A stretch of DNA of 63,998 nt, filler included, from Porpidia crustulata (taxonomy: Eukaryota): assembly GCA_964255105.1 (NCBI GenBank). It is 5 parts of 5 records of this genome, joined end to end, with 100 filler letters (N's around TTAATTAATTAA, not from the genome) between each part and the next. Parts side by side here need not be neighbours in the genome. Positions count along the whole stretch, not along the records: positions 26,253 to 39,264 come from CAXUWE010000467.1; positions 39,365 to 52,344 come from CAXUWE010000468.1; positions 52,445 to 63,998 come from CAXUWE010000637.1; 2 more parts are not named here. One strand, given 5' to 3'. The translations under genes were made by a program, and so were the position numbers. The notes beneath the pieces were generated by a model that worked only from the letters and a program-made list of their open reading frames with translations, did not search any database and was not told where the DNA came from. This document shows, piece after piece, positions 37,272 to 52,488 of the stretch; within the stretch, counting starts at the first letter, position 1, and each line of letters starts with the position of its first letter.

Positions 37272-39264
37272 GGCCGCCCAAGTCTCAAATAGCTCTTACA
37301 CTGAGAGGAGCCCGGGGTATAAGAGACTAATGAACAAAATCAATTACCAGTGACTGAGAAGGGTTTGAGTATCCAGGGCTGCGGATGGATATCCTTATCT
37401 AGGAAAAACAAGTAGGATGGACGATAACGACTGGCTTTCAGTCATTGATTGGACTGCATAAGGCTGTATGACGGCGGTGTACACCAGCAGGGTTCAGTGG
37501 CGAGTATACTGTTGGCAGCGACATTATCCATCAAGTCGATTTTCGAGGTTGGGATTTCCCGATATGCACCTCTGGCAGTAGGCGGGGATTGCTCCACACG
37601 TCGCTATAGGGATACTCTCGGGCTGGGGTGCTCGCAAGCGATTCGTGAAAGTTTCGTCTGGTGTCAAGACCCTCGGCAAAACTGACTTCGACATGTTGAT
37701 CTCACATTAGGATCAGCCTTAGCATGGCGTTTGATGGTTTTGCTTTGGCCTAGTAAGGAGCAGCCTTGGAGCGCTTGTATCTTTGCCATATCCGCGGGAA
37801 AAGACGGGTGGACGAAGGTCGGAATATCCATGTTGTGGAAGGGCAGCGTGGGGAGAATTCCTTGGACCATGGAGTATCCTGGAGGACCCAGCAGATTGGC
37901 GATCTCGGAATGATTCTCGCATAGGTCCTCCTGGTTTCTTATTTCATACCACTATTCCGTGCCTATTCGCACAATCTGCTGACAATTATTCTTCTAATCC
38001 AGTTCCACCACAAAGGCGGGTAAAATAGTCATGGACTAGCTTGGAGACACCGGAAAGGAAAGTAGAGGTATGAGGTCACGCAAGCAGTACACGTACTACG
38101 CTCTCACTATTGGCTTTGCAGCATTGGGGACCGACAGATTTTACCCTTTCGTCGGGGCAATGATCCGACTATCATGTCCGACATTGCTAACAGTATTGTC
38201 ACTGAAGCGCAACGTCCTTTCAGGTCGGCGAGATCAAGAAACTGGGAATTAAATCCAAGCAAGGGAGTTTTGCGGTGAGTTGCGCACGCGGAACACCCGG
38301 CTATGCAGTGTCAGTATGGACAATTATGCTAACGTTATAGCACATTTTAGATCTTCTCACCACCGGCCAAAGACCTTTGGTAGCCTAGCTTGTCGATCAC
38401 CAGGGACAAGCTAGTGTGGTCGCACCAATGCCGCCGACAAAGGCCGAGTGCGACAAATCGAACATAAAGAGAGAAAGCCAGAAAATTTCACAATCACTTG
38501 ATGCGGACGTTGGGAAAAATGCGAGAAATAGAGTACTAAGATGCAAGCTAAGCATCGAGAAAAGTGGAGAGACTTCAGCATCTTGGCACCTCACTATGGC
38601 GTGAGAACTCAAATCGCTCCGAAGGCCCGAAGGATCTTCCCTGAGCTTCCATCACAAAGGAAAACTTGATCTTCGAATAGTGCTAATGCGAGGAGATTTC
38701 CGTCGTTCGTTGCAACGAGCCGAGCCTCAATCCCAAATTTTTCATGTGAAAACGACGGACTTGGTGTCAAACGTGGAAAGAGAGCCGCGACGATACTTTC
38801 AGCCTTCTAATGCTGATCAAAAAGGCAGCAAAAGGCACATCGGCGTTCTTGAACACGAACAACAAATCGTAGAAAGTCATCGTCTGCATTTGACATTCCT
38901 GTTGTTGGCNNNNNNNNNNTCAGCTCCAGGGGCGAATCGAAGGCTATGGACAGTCCGATCTCTTCTCACTCCCCGTTAATGGCGATCTGTGAGCTCACAA
39001 AGGACGCACTTTAGGGTCAAAAATTTCACTGGGCCTGTCGTTTCCTATTCGTTGTTTCAAATCTATGCTCTATATTCTCACAGTCCAGCCGCGCTAGTAT
39101 CTTGCTTAACATCCTATCACTCCCCTGCTCGACCACATGAGCCTGATTTCCTCCTCTTTCTTCGCCTTCCAATACCTTATCTTTTACTCGCAGTTACTTA
39201 CTCTTACGCACCCCTCTCCCACCTACTGTCTCAGTCCTTATTTATTTCAGACCACTATCTCTAC

Positions 39265-39364
39265 NNNNNNNNNNNNNNNNNNNNNNNNNNNNNNNNNNNN
39301 NNNNNNNNTTAATTAATTAANNNNNNNNNNNNNNNNNNNNNNNNNNNNNNNNNNNNNNNNNNNN
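39265..39364. other. Artificial contig linker
   Basis: N44-TTAATTAATTAA-N44. Confidence 0.98.
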
Positions 39365-40440
39365 CCATGATAGTTCGTCGAGTTGGCCGGTGGGGATGGT
39401 GGACATGTAGTCGATGTCTACGATTTCGAGGCGGAATGCCGCGTTGATCATTGCGGCGAGATCGGTGGGGTTGAGCTGTTTCAGCTGCGCGGCTTGTTGG
39501 GGTGTGGTGCTCCATACCAGCGTTGCGTAGTCGTTCGGGAGGGCTAGGAGGGCTATTGGGCCATTGGGCAGGAAGCGTTGGTATGCGGTGGCTTTGTCTG
39601 TTTTTCTTGTCTCAAGATTCTCGGGAGCGAGTTTCACGGTAGCTACAACACCGTGACGGTCGTAGTCCCAACCTCGGGAGGGTATTCCTGCGAATTTACG
39701 AACGGGCGAGTTTAGACCATCAGCGCCGATTAGGAGGCGGGCGGTTAATGTTTTTGAATTGGAGAGAGTAATATAGGGGTAGGATGATAGGTCGAGGATC
39801 GGAGACGAAAGCGACAAGGACGGAGGGGGACCGAGTATTATAGATGAGACGTGAGTGTTGTCGAAGCGTGAGATTGGAGGCAACTGCTCGAGCCTTCGGA
39901 GAAGCCCACGTGCAAGATTCGAATTCTCCGTCATGGTGGCTAGAGGACCTCCAGGTGAAGGAGACGAGAAAGAGATCCGGGAATTGGTTGCGACGCCATC
40001 CCAGACTTTCATGTGGTGGTATGGCTGGGTGCGAGAAAGATCTACATGGGACCAGGCCCCTACTTGAGAGAGGAATGAGAGTGAAGATGGGGTCAGGGAG
40101 GAGGCGCGGTTGGAGAAGTGGTCTGGTAAAGGGGACCAGGTGAGGGATGAGGAGAGGGATTGGGACTCGACGAGGGCGAGGCGAAGATTAGAGGGTTTTG
40201 GGGAGGATCCTGGATAGGTGATTAGAAATTGTTATTCTACACGCCCAAAGATGAAAGTGATTCGTTACGCAATGCTGCTAAAAGACTAAGTCCAGCCGTT
40301 CCGCCTCCCACACAGACAATGTCGTAAAGGTCTGGATTTGACATTGCTGTGGTAAAACTCCGTGTCTTTTGTTTTATTGATCTTGTGCATGATGGGCATA
40401 TATATGATCTCAATGGCTTGGAGATTGTTTGGCGCCGCAT
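39365..40440 (-). CDS. COQ6: Ubiquinone biosynthesis FAD-dependent monooxygenase, 3' end cut by the contig edge
   Basis: Mitochondrial-presequence-like N-terminus; YDIVCVGGGTAGL, ARLLIGADGLNSPVR, AYQRFLPNGPIALL, LVWST, MINAAFRL. Confidence 0.92.
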
Positions 40441-41394
40441 GTTGAATATACGTAGTTGCGTAGAGTTGTGGCAGAAACGACTATGATTTCTATGATCTCA
40501 GGACTTTTCCTATTATGGCAGCAGATAATAGTCCACACATACAGTCAATTTTCCAACTTTCAATTATTTCGAGGCAATTGTCAGTACGCTAATTCAAGGG
40601 AACCACTTGAGGAAGCATTTATAATTAACCTAGACTGATGTTGTCGTCCTGGGTTCAAGAGCTGGAGGCTCAGCGGGTGATCCACCGCTACTCTAATGCG
40701 GCCACTACATTAGCGCAGTGATCTGATATGGGACAAGCTATCAAAAGCCTCTCGCAGGATAGAAAACCTTCAGATCACCCGCTTCGTTCGGCATACTGTA
40801 CTCATATTTACCCCCCAGCGGATCATATCCAATAGATCACCTAGCTCTATGTGATTTGGGTAGGACTTTTGCAAGATTAGATTTGGGGCAATCTTAGCCA
40901 TTTCAGGTTTAGTTGCCCGTCGCTGGTGTGCCCGTTGGGGGGTGAAACGAGTATCTACCATGCTCTTCTCCGCAAATTTACAAGATCTACCATTATCTCA
41001 GCATGTCGAACCCTACCATCAGTCAAGATTACTGGCACCAAGATGGACGAGCTTCCCACTGGTCTCAATAATATCATCTGGGCGTGATGTGATCATCCTA
41101 ACAAGGCCTAACACATTTCTAGCGGTAGACCTACCGCATGAATCAGACTTTCAAAGACCCCTGAACTTCAATTTTGCTACTGCAGGGAGACAGTCCTACT
41201 CAGACTCGGAATATCTTCCTTGGCTTCGGGTCTCATCAATTAGGGAACAGATTATACATCAACTGTGTAGCTGATGTAGGAACGTGAGAATACATAATTT
41301 GGTATCAAAAACTCCTAAACGGGCTCATGAACACGTGAATCACCGCATTTAGCTGATGGCTGGAACTTGAAAGCTGCAAAGGATAGCAAGAGGC

Positions 41395-42966
<1,572 letters not shown>

Positions 42967-45900
42967 GACAAAGGATACGATCGGTAGGTTTTGATAGGAT
43001 AATAATACATAGGCTATTAGAAACCAGAACGGCGAAACTAAGACTCACGGCTCATAGTGGGACAGGAAGCAGCTGTCTACTTAAGGCCGGCAGGGGCGAG
43101 CGCTGCCAATTGATGCCAGACAAGTTTTGAGAAGGCGCCGCTAGATGACTCCTTCTTCAAAGAGCGAAGAGTAATGGCTCAGAGCCGAGGCGAAGGGTTC
43201 AAGCAGAATATATAGCTCAAGAGTAAGCAAGAAAGTGTTGCCGGTTATCTGCGCTGTCAAAATGCTCAAGACACTGGAGTGGCGAAGATGCGACCTTAGC
43301 CTTTGTCTTCAATGCTGAGTATTCAAACTCGAACACAGTGGTAGCTCTACTGAATATAAGCAGTTGAACTGGCAGTTGGGGGCTCACACAGCCTTGTGGT
43401 TGATACTCTTAACGTGTTCAACAGCCCACCCTCCCCAAAAGCCCCGCGGTTAGCATTCCTCTTGTGGCTTGGGGGCTAGACCCGGGTCACTGCAGTTAGT
43501 GGCTCGTCTCCGGGCGAAGTCTAAGCCCCAGTGGCCCATTCATGGCGGTGCTGCTATCATTTTCACTTGTTCTTCGAGAAATTCAGCTCCCAGCCGCCGG
43601 CAAGATTATGCCCTACCAGGTAGAGAAAAACGACCTTTCGTGTCATGGCAAAGCCTTTACATAGCAATGTTTGTGCCTTCAAGGGATGATGACAAGGATT
43701 CACTGCGCCAATTCATAAAACACCTTCAATGCCTTGACAACTAGTATTTCACATATATTGACCTGCTACAGACCGTGATGATCAAGGCTCACTATCGGAC
43801 TCAACAGGATGATTAGGCCAACAGTCAGCTTAGTATTAACGAACGCTTCATTATCTTTATGTGCATCTAGTTTCTGTTCGGTACGGTCTGTGCATTGCCT
43901 TTTGTGAAGATTGTCTTCGCTGGACAAAGTATGCATGCAGATTGTCTCCTTTTCAAAGATTGTCAATTGATTACGACGTTTTCTCTCAAATGAGTTTGAT
44001 TTCGACAAGCAAATTTACACAAGCATCCGAGTCTCTGAGCGACGTCGGCTGAGCTTAAGTTAATACACTCCTTGTTCTTTTCCCAATCATCTCAACTCCT
44101 GATATCGTAAAAGTTCAGCACTGTGACGTGCGTGCCGTCCAGAACCAACTTGTCGAAGATACTGATGACCTTGGGTTCAGAGTGAAGAAACCTTACTCCA
44201 CCATCTCCTGCAAGTGTTGGGAGCAGCAAACGAATTCTAAGAACATCGATCTTCTTGATGTCATAGGAGACGATGATTTTCTTGATGCATTTGGCCGAAA
44301 TATTAGCTGATCCAAAGATCCGTGAATCACAAAGCACTTACATCAGCAATTCCTGACTCTAAAACTATGCAACTCGCATTGCATCAAGTAGCGCTGACCT
44401 TGACACCATCGATTTCTTACGAGGCTTACCATGCGCAAGATAGACTCATCACGGAACAGTCGAAGTTGCACACGCCTACAACGGCAAAGAGATAGACGTT
44501 GAAAGACACCGCTTCGGAGGGAATTACAGACAGAATCCTTCTTGGAAGAGTTTATATGCGTCTCATGTCGCTGCCCGCGCAGAATTCCCTGGTACCACGA
44601 ATGTGTATTAAAAATCTGTTCTAGAACATGTGGTTGGGTCATTCGTGCACAGCTTGAGACGAAAGTTACCGAGAAATTTCACAGTGATGAATTTAGATCT
44701 TGGCAAAAACCAGGCTCTGGCACATTGCAATCAATCTTCTGGTCCTTAGAGCGTCACCGCTAATGAATATTTGAATTTTGCCTGCTTTCCTAGGACTACT
44801 TGCTCCTCCGCTTTTCGCATTAATTTTCCTACTTGTAGAGTGCGATATTCGCTATCGTTCTCTTTCAAATTCTATCGTCTCTCCGAAAAACCCTCTCAAT
44901 CCACTTTTCTGCCGATCTAGATGGAAAAACGCCCGGAAACTCACTCGCGTAATAGGATCAGTTATTGATCGCTTTATAATATAGCATATTTCGATATTAG
45001 AGCTTTCCCCCTCGATCTCGTGAAGTAAAGTATATTCAGTAAGCCTCCTATTGAGGTCCAAATGCTCTAAAAGTCCACCAGGTGCCCAACGCCCCAAATT
45101 AACCAATTACACGGCCAAGAAATCTCACCATCAGCCAATTACCCATGGAAAATTTATTCAAGGTCTCCCTAGCCATGGCCATTGGTGGCAATATAGCCGC
45201 CTATCGATCCGACCACGGCCCGTAGGAATGTCGAGGGCTTATCACTCGCATTTCCATGGCGCGTAAGGGTAGCTGAAAAGAGTTCTCTAGGTTGAGTAGA
45301 TCACGCGCGGGTCCAAGCCCTCGAGATGCTTTGGCATAAGTTCGATAATTACGTTAGAGATATTGGGACCGAATGGGAAAAAAAGGGGGGGTTGGGGAAA
45401 GAAGAGTGTGAGATGTGGATGAAGTTGGGATCTACGAATCATCGTTGCCCGAGGCACGATATTTGGAGGTTCTTCGGCAGGAGATCTTCGTCGCAGGGAA
45501 AGAGATCGAAGACACACGATCAGTCTGTTCCTAACAAAGATAAGCAACAATATCATTCTTTGGCATCCTCGGGTCTTGAGCATATGATGAAACTTTGAGC
45601 CATCTACTGGTGCGAGTCAAAGGATAATTGACAGCCGAAGCAGAAAGAATATGCATACACTCTCCTGTATGTACGTAACATTCTGTGAACGATGTGATGC
45701 GCCGGCGCCAGGGCGGGATGCGGCGCATCGCCCAGGCGGAGGATCCTGAAAATATCAAGAACACAACAATGGCGCATCCAGCAGGACAGGAAAATTTCAG
45801 GGATTCCACAGCATAATAACATCTACCCTGGGTCCTTACCCTGAGATCTGAGTAATTGAGAAGTCTTTGTGAGCCTGAGAAAAGTAAGGAAACCTGCTCT

Positions 45901-47368
45901 AGGGAGGCGGACGACATGTGACGAAAACGGATAGAGCTCAAATCAAAGTGCGAAGGGTCTAGAATTGATCAAATGGTTATCTAAACCGCTGATCCATGAT
46001 GGGTGAGCGCGGACGAATGTCAGCGAGGGACACAGTACCGCGATCTCTTTGATCACTGTCGATAGATTCATGAACATCCAATGCACAGCAAAATCAGAGC
46101 TGCCGCGTACAAGGAGGGAAGCGAATTTTGAATGCGCGGTTGTGGCATAGTATTGCTACTTATCGTTTCCTCCGAGAGGTGAATCACCTGGCAAAGCTTA
46201 TGCGCAGAACAGATCTGTCTAGACTTATTGACTCAGCTATGTCTTTTCTTGATGTCATTGTCGCTTGGCGTTGGCAAACTCCGTGGTCATCATCTCGTCG
46301 TCTCAGGTCTTCTGAGGCTAAATTCCAGAAGAATGAGTACATCCGCCAATATACATCTGCGCCAAATGCATCGGGACTGACTCTCCCACTCTGCTACCAT
46401 TTTAACCATCCCGGTTGCAAAGGTTTGGAAGCTGTGGCCAGTTTGACCAGCTTGGTTGTAGAGGGTTCAATGCCAACAGTAGCTGTACAGACTGGAGCTG
46501 TCAAAATGTTGACATCGGTATGCCCTCCTAGGCGCGATCCCACGGATGTACTGATAGGCCGTAGTCAAGGCTGCTCGCTTTGTTTCCACGTAACGAAATC
46601 TTTGGTCTTTCTGGAGCCTGTGGAGAATTAAAATCCTCAATGCGTGGGAGGAATTCTCGAGGCCAAAAATGGATTCTGGATTTGTTTTTACCGACTTTGA
46701 TGTACTCTAGTATTGATCAAAGTCACCATACATCGCGCTAGGTGATTCTAGAAGCACAGGTCTCCTTTTGTAAACTCTTTGCAGATGTCACTTGTACATC
46801 GCACTGTGTATTACTACTAAATCGGTCTCTTCGTTTGGGGTGCGCTTTCCTATAAGAGCCATCCATATATAGGTAGCTACGCAATTTAAGATACGAATTG
46901 TTTACGAATCATCAGCAGTTGAACTTGAAGTTGTCGTGACGAAGTCGGTCTTTGAATGCCCTGAAGATAGACGGCTACAACTGCCTCCTCGGTTCCCTTC
47001 CGCTCCATTTCCTCATCCTCTCATTGGTTTTCCACATTTTAGTGTACCGCCTGTTTATTGGCATTCCCAATTTGATCGAAATCCTGCGATGGACTGCAAG
47101 CCATGGCTACTAGGTACAGGCATCTGCCAATGATATTTCGATACCGTTCGCTCCATCTCGGACGGCTCGATGACAAAGATCTCGAGCAGGCAAGACTTTC
47201 TGGTCTCGGCCTCGTCCATATTGTCCGCACTGTCCAGAATGTGGATGAGCCTCAGCCGGACGCATAAGGGCCCCTCCCTCAGCTCAAAGCTGAAGATCCA
47301 AGTAGTGAACATGTTGCTCTTCGCTCTCAACTACACTACTTCATGCGCGACACTCTTTGTTGGTGACA

Positions 47369-50300
47369 ATGAGTGCGCGAGCAGAGCTGCCTGGTAACGA
47401 TCCCAGTGGAAGGCCTCAGCAGCCTTATCCTGCTTGGCTAGACAGACCGTATGCTCCAGCGCAGTATCTCCCCCAAGCACCGTACCCACGGGAATCGATA
47501 AATGCCCCAGCTGCGCCGCCGAACCCCACACCATACGCCTACGTACCGTATCGCGCTGTCGAATCGCAAGCACCACCAGCATGGCGCTTCATGGTATCAC
47601 CTCCGCCCTCAGAGCCGGCGGTATCTCCGACAACGCCAGAAGAATCCGGTTCACAGACCAATCTGAGACAAATCCGGGTACGTTAAATTCTTATTCACCT
47701 TGACATATTTCGGTTAGTTTTGACAGCGTCTAGACACATCGATCCACGAGATCGACAGGCGACCTTAATCGAGAAATTCGAATCGAGGATGGCGGAAATT
47801 CTACACCAGGTGCTACCCCGGGCAGATCTGGCCCGGTTGAACGTACTGATGCCTTGACTGGATCGCTGCTAAAGAATCGGCTTCAGGCAGCATTACGCTT
47901 GCAGGAAGACGGCTTTGCCGCGATTGCGCGGGGCAATTCGTCAGAGGATCTAAGACGGACACAGTCAAATCGCGAGTCCCAACCGAACCCAAGACTCAGG
48001 CGTATTCGTGATGCACGTGAGGCTGAACAGATTAAGCGCGACGAGGAATTGGCGAAGCAGATCAGCGTTGCTGACCTCGGCGCGGCTTTTCGAGGTCATG
48101 GTCGGTAAGGCAGATCCATCAACCGTGCTTGAGATTCAATTCCATGGCTAATGACTTAGATTTGACCCTGTCGTAGCGGAGTCAAGAAACAGCAATGGAA
48201 TCGAAACTTCTGCCACGTTCGAAAATCAAGTAAGATTCGGCCTCGATGACAGCTCTGATGTCTACCGTGATAGAAATTTGGGCCATCATGCGCCGACAGG
48301 CACCTACGATCCCGACCAACCTCCGCCATTACCGAAACGGCCCGGTCATGTGCCAGGTTTTCGCGTTAATGAGCCTTTGGTCGATGAGATTGTGCCTGCA
48401 TCCCGAGAATCATCCTACGATCCTCAAGTGTCTCGTACAGTGTCGTTTGATGATAGTGTCCCATCTCAGCCACCATCATATCTCGACAATATACATGAAG
48501 GATGGGAGATTCCTGGAGGAAATCCAATGTTGCCGCCACAGTCATCGCGATTCCCGAGAACTGAATCTTCGACCCATACTGCCACGGATGCATATGATTC
48601 ACCCCCACCAGTGCCGCAGAAATCTGACGGTGGAGAGTCTCCAGGACCGTGGAGTATCAATACCACCAGAAGAAAGTCGATCAATGCTGGACCACGTGAA
48701 AACCATGCTGTCTGTGAGCCGTGTGGTCGCGAGCAACCTTCGGTGGCGTACTGTTCAAATTGTGGTGCACAATTCTGCAGCTATCACTGGGGCGAGCAAT
48801 GGGTTCATCGAGACAAATCCGATCAACGACTTAAAGACGGAGTTCCGCATGAAAAAACCGATCCATGGCTAGCTAACAAGATGAAAGCAATAATAGAACC
48901 CTCTATATCCCAGGTAATTTGATTGTTTCTCGCTTTCCTAACTCCAATAATCTGCAAATCTAGACTGACACAGACGGCCAAAAGGAAGAGCAAAACCGCC
49001 TACACCAAGAAGACGAAGACACTACGTGGTTTGGCGTTATGCCAGACAGCGCTGGAAAACTCATGTTTCATGACTTCGGGAGATACGAACAATCCTCCTT
49101 GCAGTCCCGATTTCCCCAAAAATCAAGCCAATTTCCAAGTCTCATATCTTTTGTCGGAACGACAGGAGCTGGGAAAAGTACGCTCATCAAAGGACTGGTC
49201 AAATTGGCTAGCTCAAACCGCGGCGACAAGTCTCAAACTCCCATTGTCGGTCTGATCAAGAATCAACATATACCAACATCCGAAAATATACACCTTTACT
49301 GGGATCCTTGCTCTTTCCATACTAATAGACCTATTCTGTATGCTGATTGTGAAGGGCTAGGTGGCGGTAGCTGTGAACCGATGGCGGCTAGAGCCACAGC
49401 GATCAAGGAAAAAAGGGACTACCATAAACGAAGGCCTCAATCTGATGTTTTCCAATCCAGCAATCCCCGCCCCGACAGTAATCCTCGTCGCGGTTCAAAT
49501 TTTAAAGCCACTCCGTTCTCAAGCATGTCCCCAAGTAACACACCAATGCCTCCAATGAGCCCAGGACCGCAGCTCTTGTCAGAACTCATCACTCCCTCTC
49601 CAATGCCGTCATATTCCCCTCACTCACCAACTACTGCGACTGGATGGACTTCTGTAACCAGCCAGAATTATCGTGGTATTACGAGGGAGATTATGTGGGC
49701 TACCGACAAAGAGAAAAAGAGTCGGCAATTTATTGTAGAGAATTTATATCCACGGCTTCTCTATACCTTTTCTGATATTGTCGTACTTGTCATGAGAAAC
49801 GCAAAGCTAGTAGCCTGTCTGCTTGGGTTAAACGAACCTCTACTAATCCGTCGAATAGGGAGATTGAAACTGCCGTGGAACGGCTGATACGATGGGCACA
49901 TACTGCGCTTGAAAAATCTTCCAACCAGCCAATGCTTCCATTTGGGATTATTGTGATGAATGCGGTTGACAATAGAACCGATGCGGCTCTGTGGGATGTA
50001 AATAGAGCAACCAATTTCCTCATGACAGCCATAGCAGATGCCGTCAACAAGAACCCCACCTTCGAACGTTGGGCCTGGGACTGGCGCGAGAAAGACAAGC
50101 GAATCACTACCACGGAGGATCTTTTACGCCTGTACTATACATCCGTGAGGATTGTCTACATCCCACACAAAGGTCGCCCAAGTCTGGTATGGAGACAATA
50201 TAGCCGACTGTACGAGGAGCTCAACGCTGCGGTTATCAATAGTGAGCAGCAAAGGCGAAACGCAAGACTTCTATTGAGCTCGGACCAATTTCATCCTTAC

Positions 50301-52344
50301 CTTCAGTTCGCCTTTGACCATTTCTCAAAGACCCTGGAGGCTCCCTTTGACTTTGTCAAGGCGTCTTCTGCATTCACTCAGGGTCAGCAGAATATCAATC
50401 CAATATTCTCTCTCATCAAAGATTACCGTCTAGCGAAGCCGGATAATGATATTATCACTTTATTCAACGATGTCGCGCCGCTTGTTGCATCTGCGATTAT
50501 GGTCGACGTTACAAGGAAGCAGGTCAAAGGTAATTCGCAGGCTGTATTTCCAGCATACAGGGAGAAGTTTGGTCTAGCACTGAAAGCATTTTTTGATGGG
50601 CAGTGGCCTTGCGAAGCAAGACATCCGAAGACTGGCGAAAGGTGTGTTAATGTCAAGACGCGCCACACAAAGGGCCACCAGACGGCCAATGGTAGAATAT
50701 TTGCAGACAAGCTTTGGTCAAGTTCCCCATATCAATTTCATGAGGGTCGAGATGTAGCCTCTCTGTTCGATAATTGCGTCGAAGGAGTTCTTAGAACTCT
50801 TTTCAAAAAGCTTGGACTCACAGTATCGCGTAGAGGTGCGGGCCCTTCAGCGGAGTGCCGTATTGCTTTCGAGATCCACCATGAAGAAATCATACAGAAG
50901 AGATGTAATTTCTTGCACGGTCCCGAGGCGCTGGTTAGCAACACTGTGTGTTATTGCTGTCTGTTCCGATTTCCTATCCACTCCATGCTTTGCGGACACG
51001 CCATCTGCGACGCCTGCGCCAATGCTCATGGACGGAAGGTTCGAGAAAACGTTGTGGCAGTAGAGTCATGTCCTATATGTGGCACTTCGCGAACCAATGG
51101 AAGTTCCCAGGTTCAATTAATTCAGAAACCCGACAAAGCGGGGGTGCGAGTTTTGACCTTGGATGGAGGGGGAATTCGAGCCATGATTCAGCTACAAGTC
51201 CTGAAGATCTTGGAAGATCGCATTGGGTTCGACATACCTATCCAAGAGTTCTTCGACTTGATCGTGGGTACCAGTGGAGGTGGGATAGTCGGCCTGGCAA
51301 TTGGTGAGAGGAACATGAGACTACCAGAAGCGATCAAAATGTTCAAGGATTTCTCAAAACGAGCGTTTCAAGCGCGCCGAGGGGCTAATTTCCCTTTGCT
51401 TGGTACTCTAATCAGAGTCAGACATCACTCACGCTACGAAACTCATGGGCTCGAGGAGGCCCTCAAAGAGTCTTTCGGCAGCGAATTTCTTTTTGGGGGT
51501 TCGCGGCAATATCAATCACCATCACGTTGTAAAGTCGCTGTCACCACAACAGATACCAACGAACTTGCGAAACTATTGGCGAACTACAACCGAGCAACTC
51601 GTTTACATACTCCTTACGAGTTTCAGAGATTTGAGAAATCGGAACAAGATCTTCGGGTATGGGAGGCTGCAAGAGCTACTTCGGCTGCCCCGGGTTTCTT
51701 TAAGGCATTTCACTGTGCCCAGAATGGCCATACATACGAAGATGGGGCACTAAAGCTGAATAATCCAGTCTTAGCTGCTGATTACGAGCGTCAAGTCATC
51801 TGGCCTGAGAGATGCCATTTGTTTCCAGACATCCTAGTATCTATCGGTACTGGATATTTTCCCGATGTCAAGACTAAATCCAGCGATCCTGGCCCTTCGA
51901 TCGGTATTGGCTTGGTGAATGGCGTAAAGACGTTTGTGAAGATCGCGCGAAGTTCCGTGGAAAACCAACTGGACTGCGAGCGAACTTGGGACGAGTATAT
52001 CCAATGTACACTTTCCGAACACAGCGAGATGAAGAGTCGATTTCATCGCCTCAGCTTGAGGATCAACGGTCCCAAGATTGATCTTGACGCGGTGGACGAA
52101 TTGGACAAGCTCGAGCACCTCACGAAGCAACAATACGAGCGGGCTGAAAGCATCAACGAAGTGGCAGGACAACTCATCGCATCGTTGTTTTACTTCGAGG
52201 AGGGGACGCGGGTTCTAGGACGCATCACCGGAATGATCAAATGGCGATTACCCCAAGAGGGCTCTCCTCACGGGGCCCTTCAAAAACTAGCCAGGAAACT
52301 CCGCCACATGGATCCAAGATGTAAGTCCCCCACGCACCTCCCTC
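47369..52344 (+). CDS. Large multidomain protein: Pro-rich N-terminus, B-box-like Zn finger, GB1/RHD3-like P-loop GTPase, RING-like finger, patatin phospholipase; 3' end cut
   Basis: Frame-consistent exons 47369-47677, 47734-48104, 48160-48913, 48964-49805, 49859-52320. Motifs CEPC..YCSNC..FC..HW, FVGTTGAGKST, DCEGLGGG, CYCC..H..CGHAICDAC..CPIC, LDGGGIR, GTSGG, DGA. Confidence 0.9.
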
Positions 52345-52444
52345 NNNNNNNNNNNNNNNNNNNNNNNNNNNNNNNNNNNNNNNNNNNNTTAATTAATTAA
52401 NNNNNNNNNNNNNNNNNNNNNNNNNNNNNNNNNNNNNNNNNNNN
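52345..52444. other. Artificial contig linker
   Basis: N44-TTAATTAATTAA-N44. Confidence 0.98.
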
Positions 52445-52488
52445 ATGTATAAATATCCTACATCCCTATAATACCGAGACCACCTCCC

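Noticed and set aside
43472..45320. Possible TIR pair GGGCTAGACCCGGG / CGCGGGTCCAAGCCC bounding a DNA transposon
   Set aside because: The match is short and imperfect, with no TSD and no recognisable transposase motif inside.
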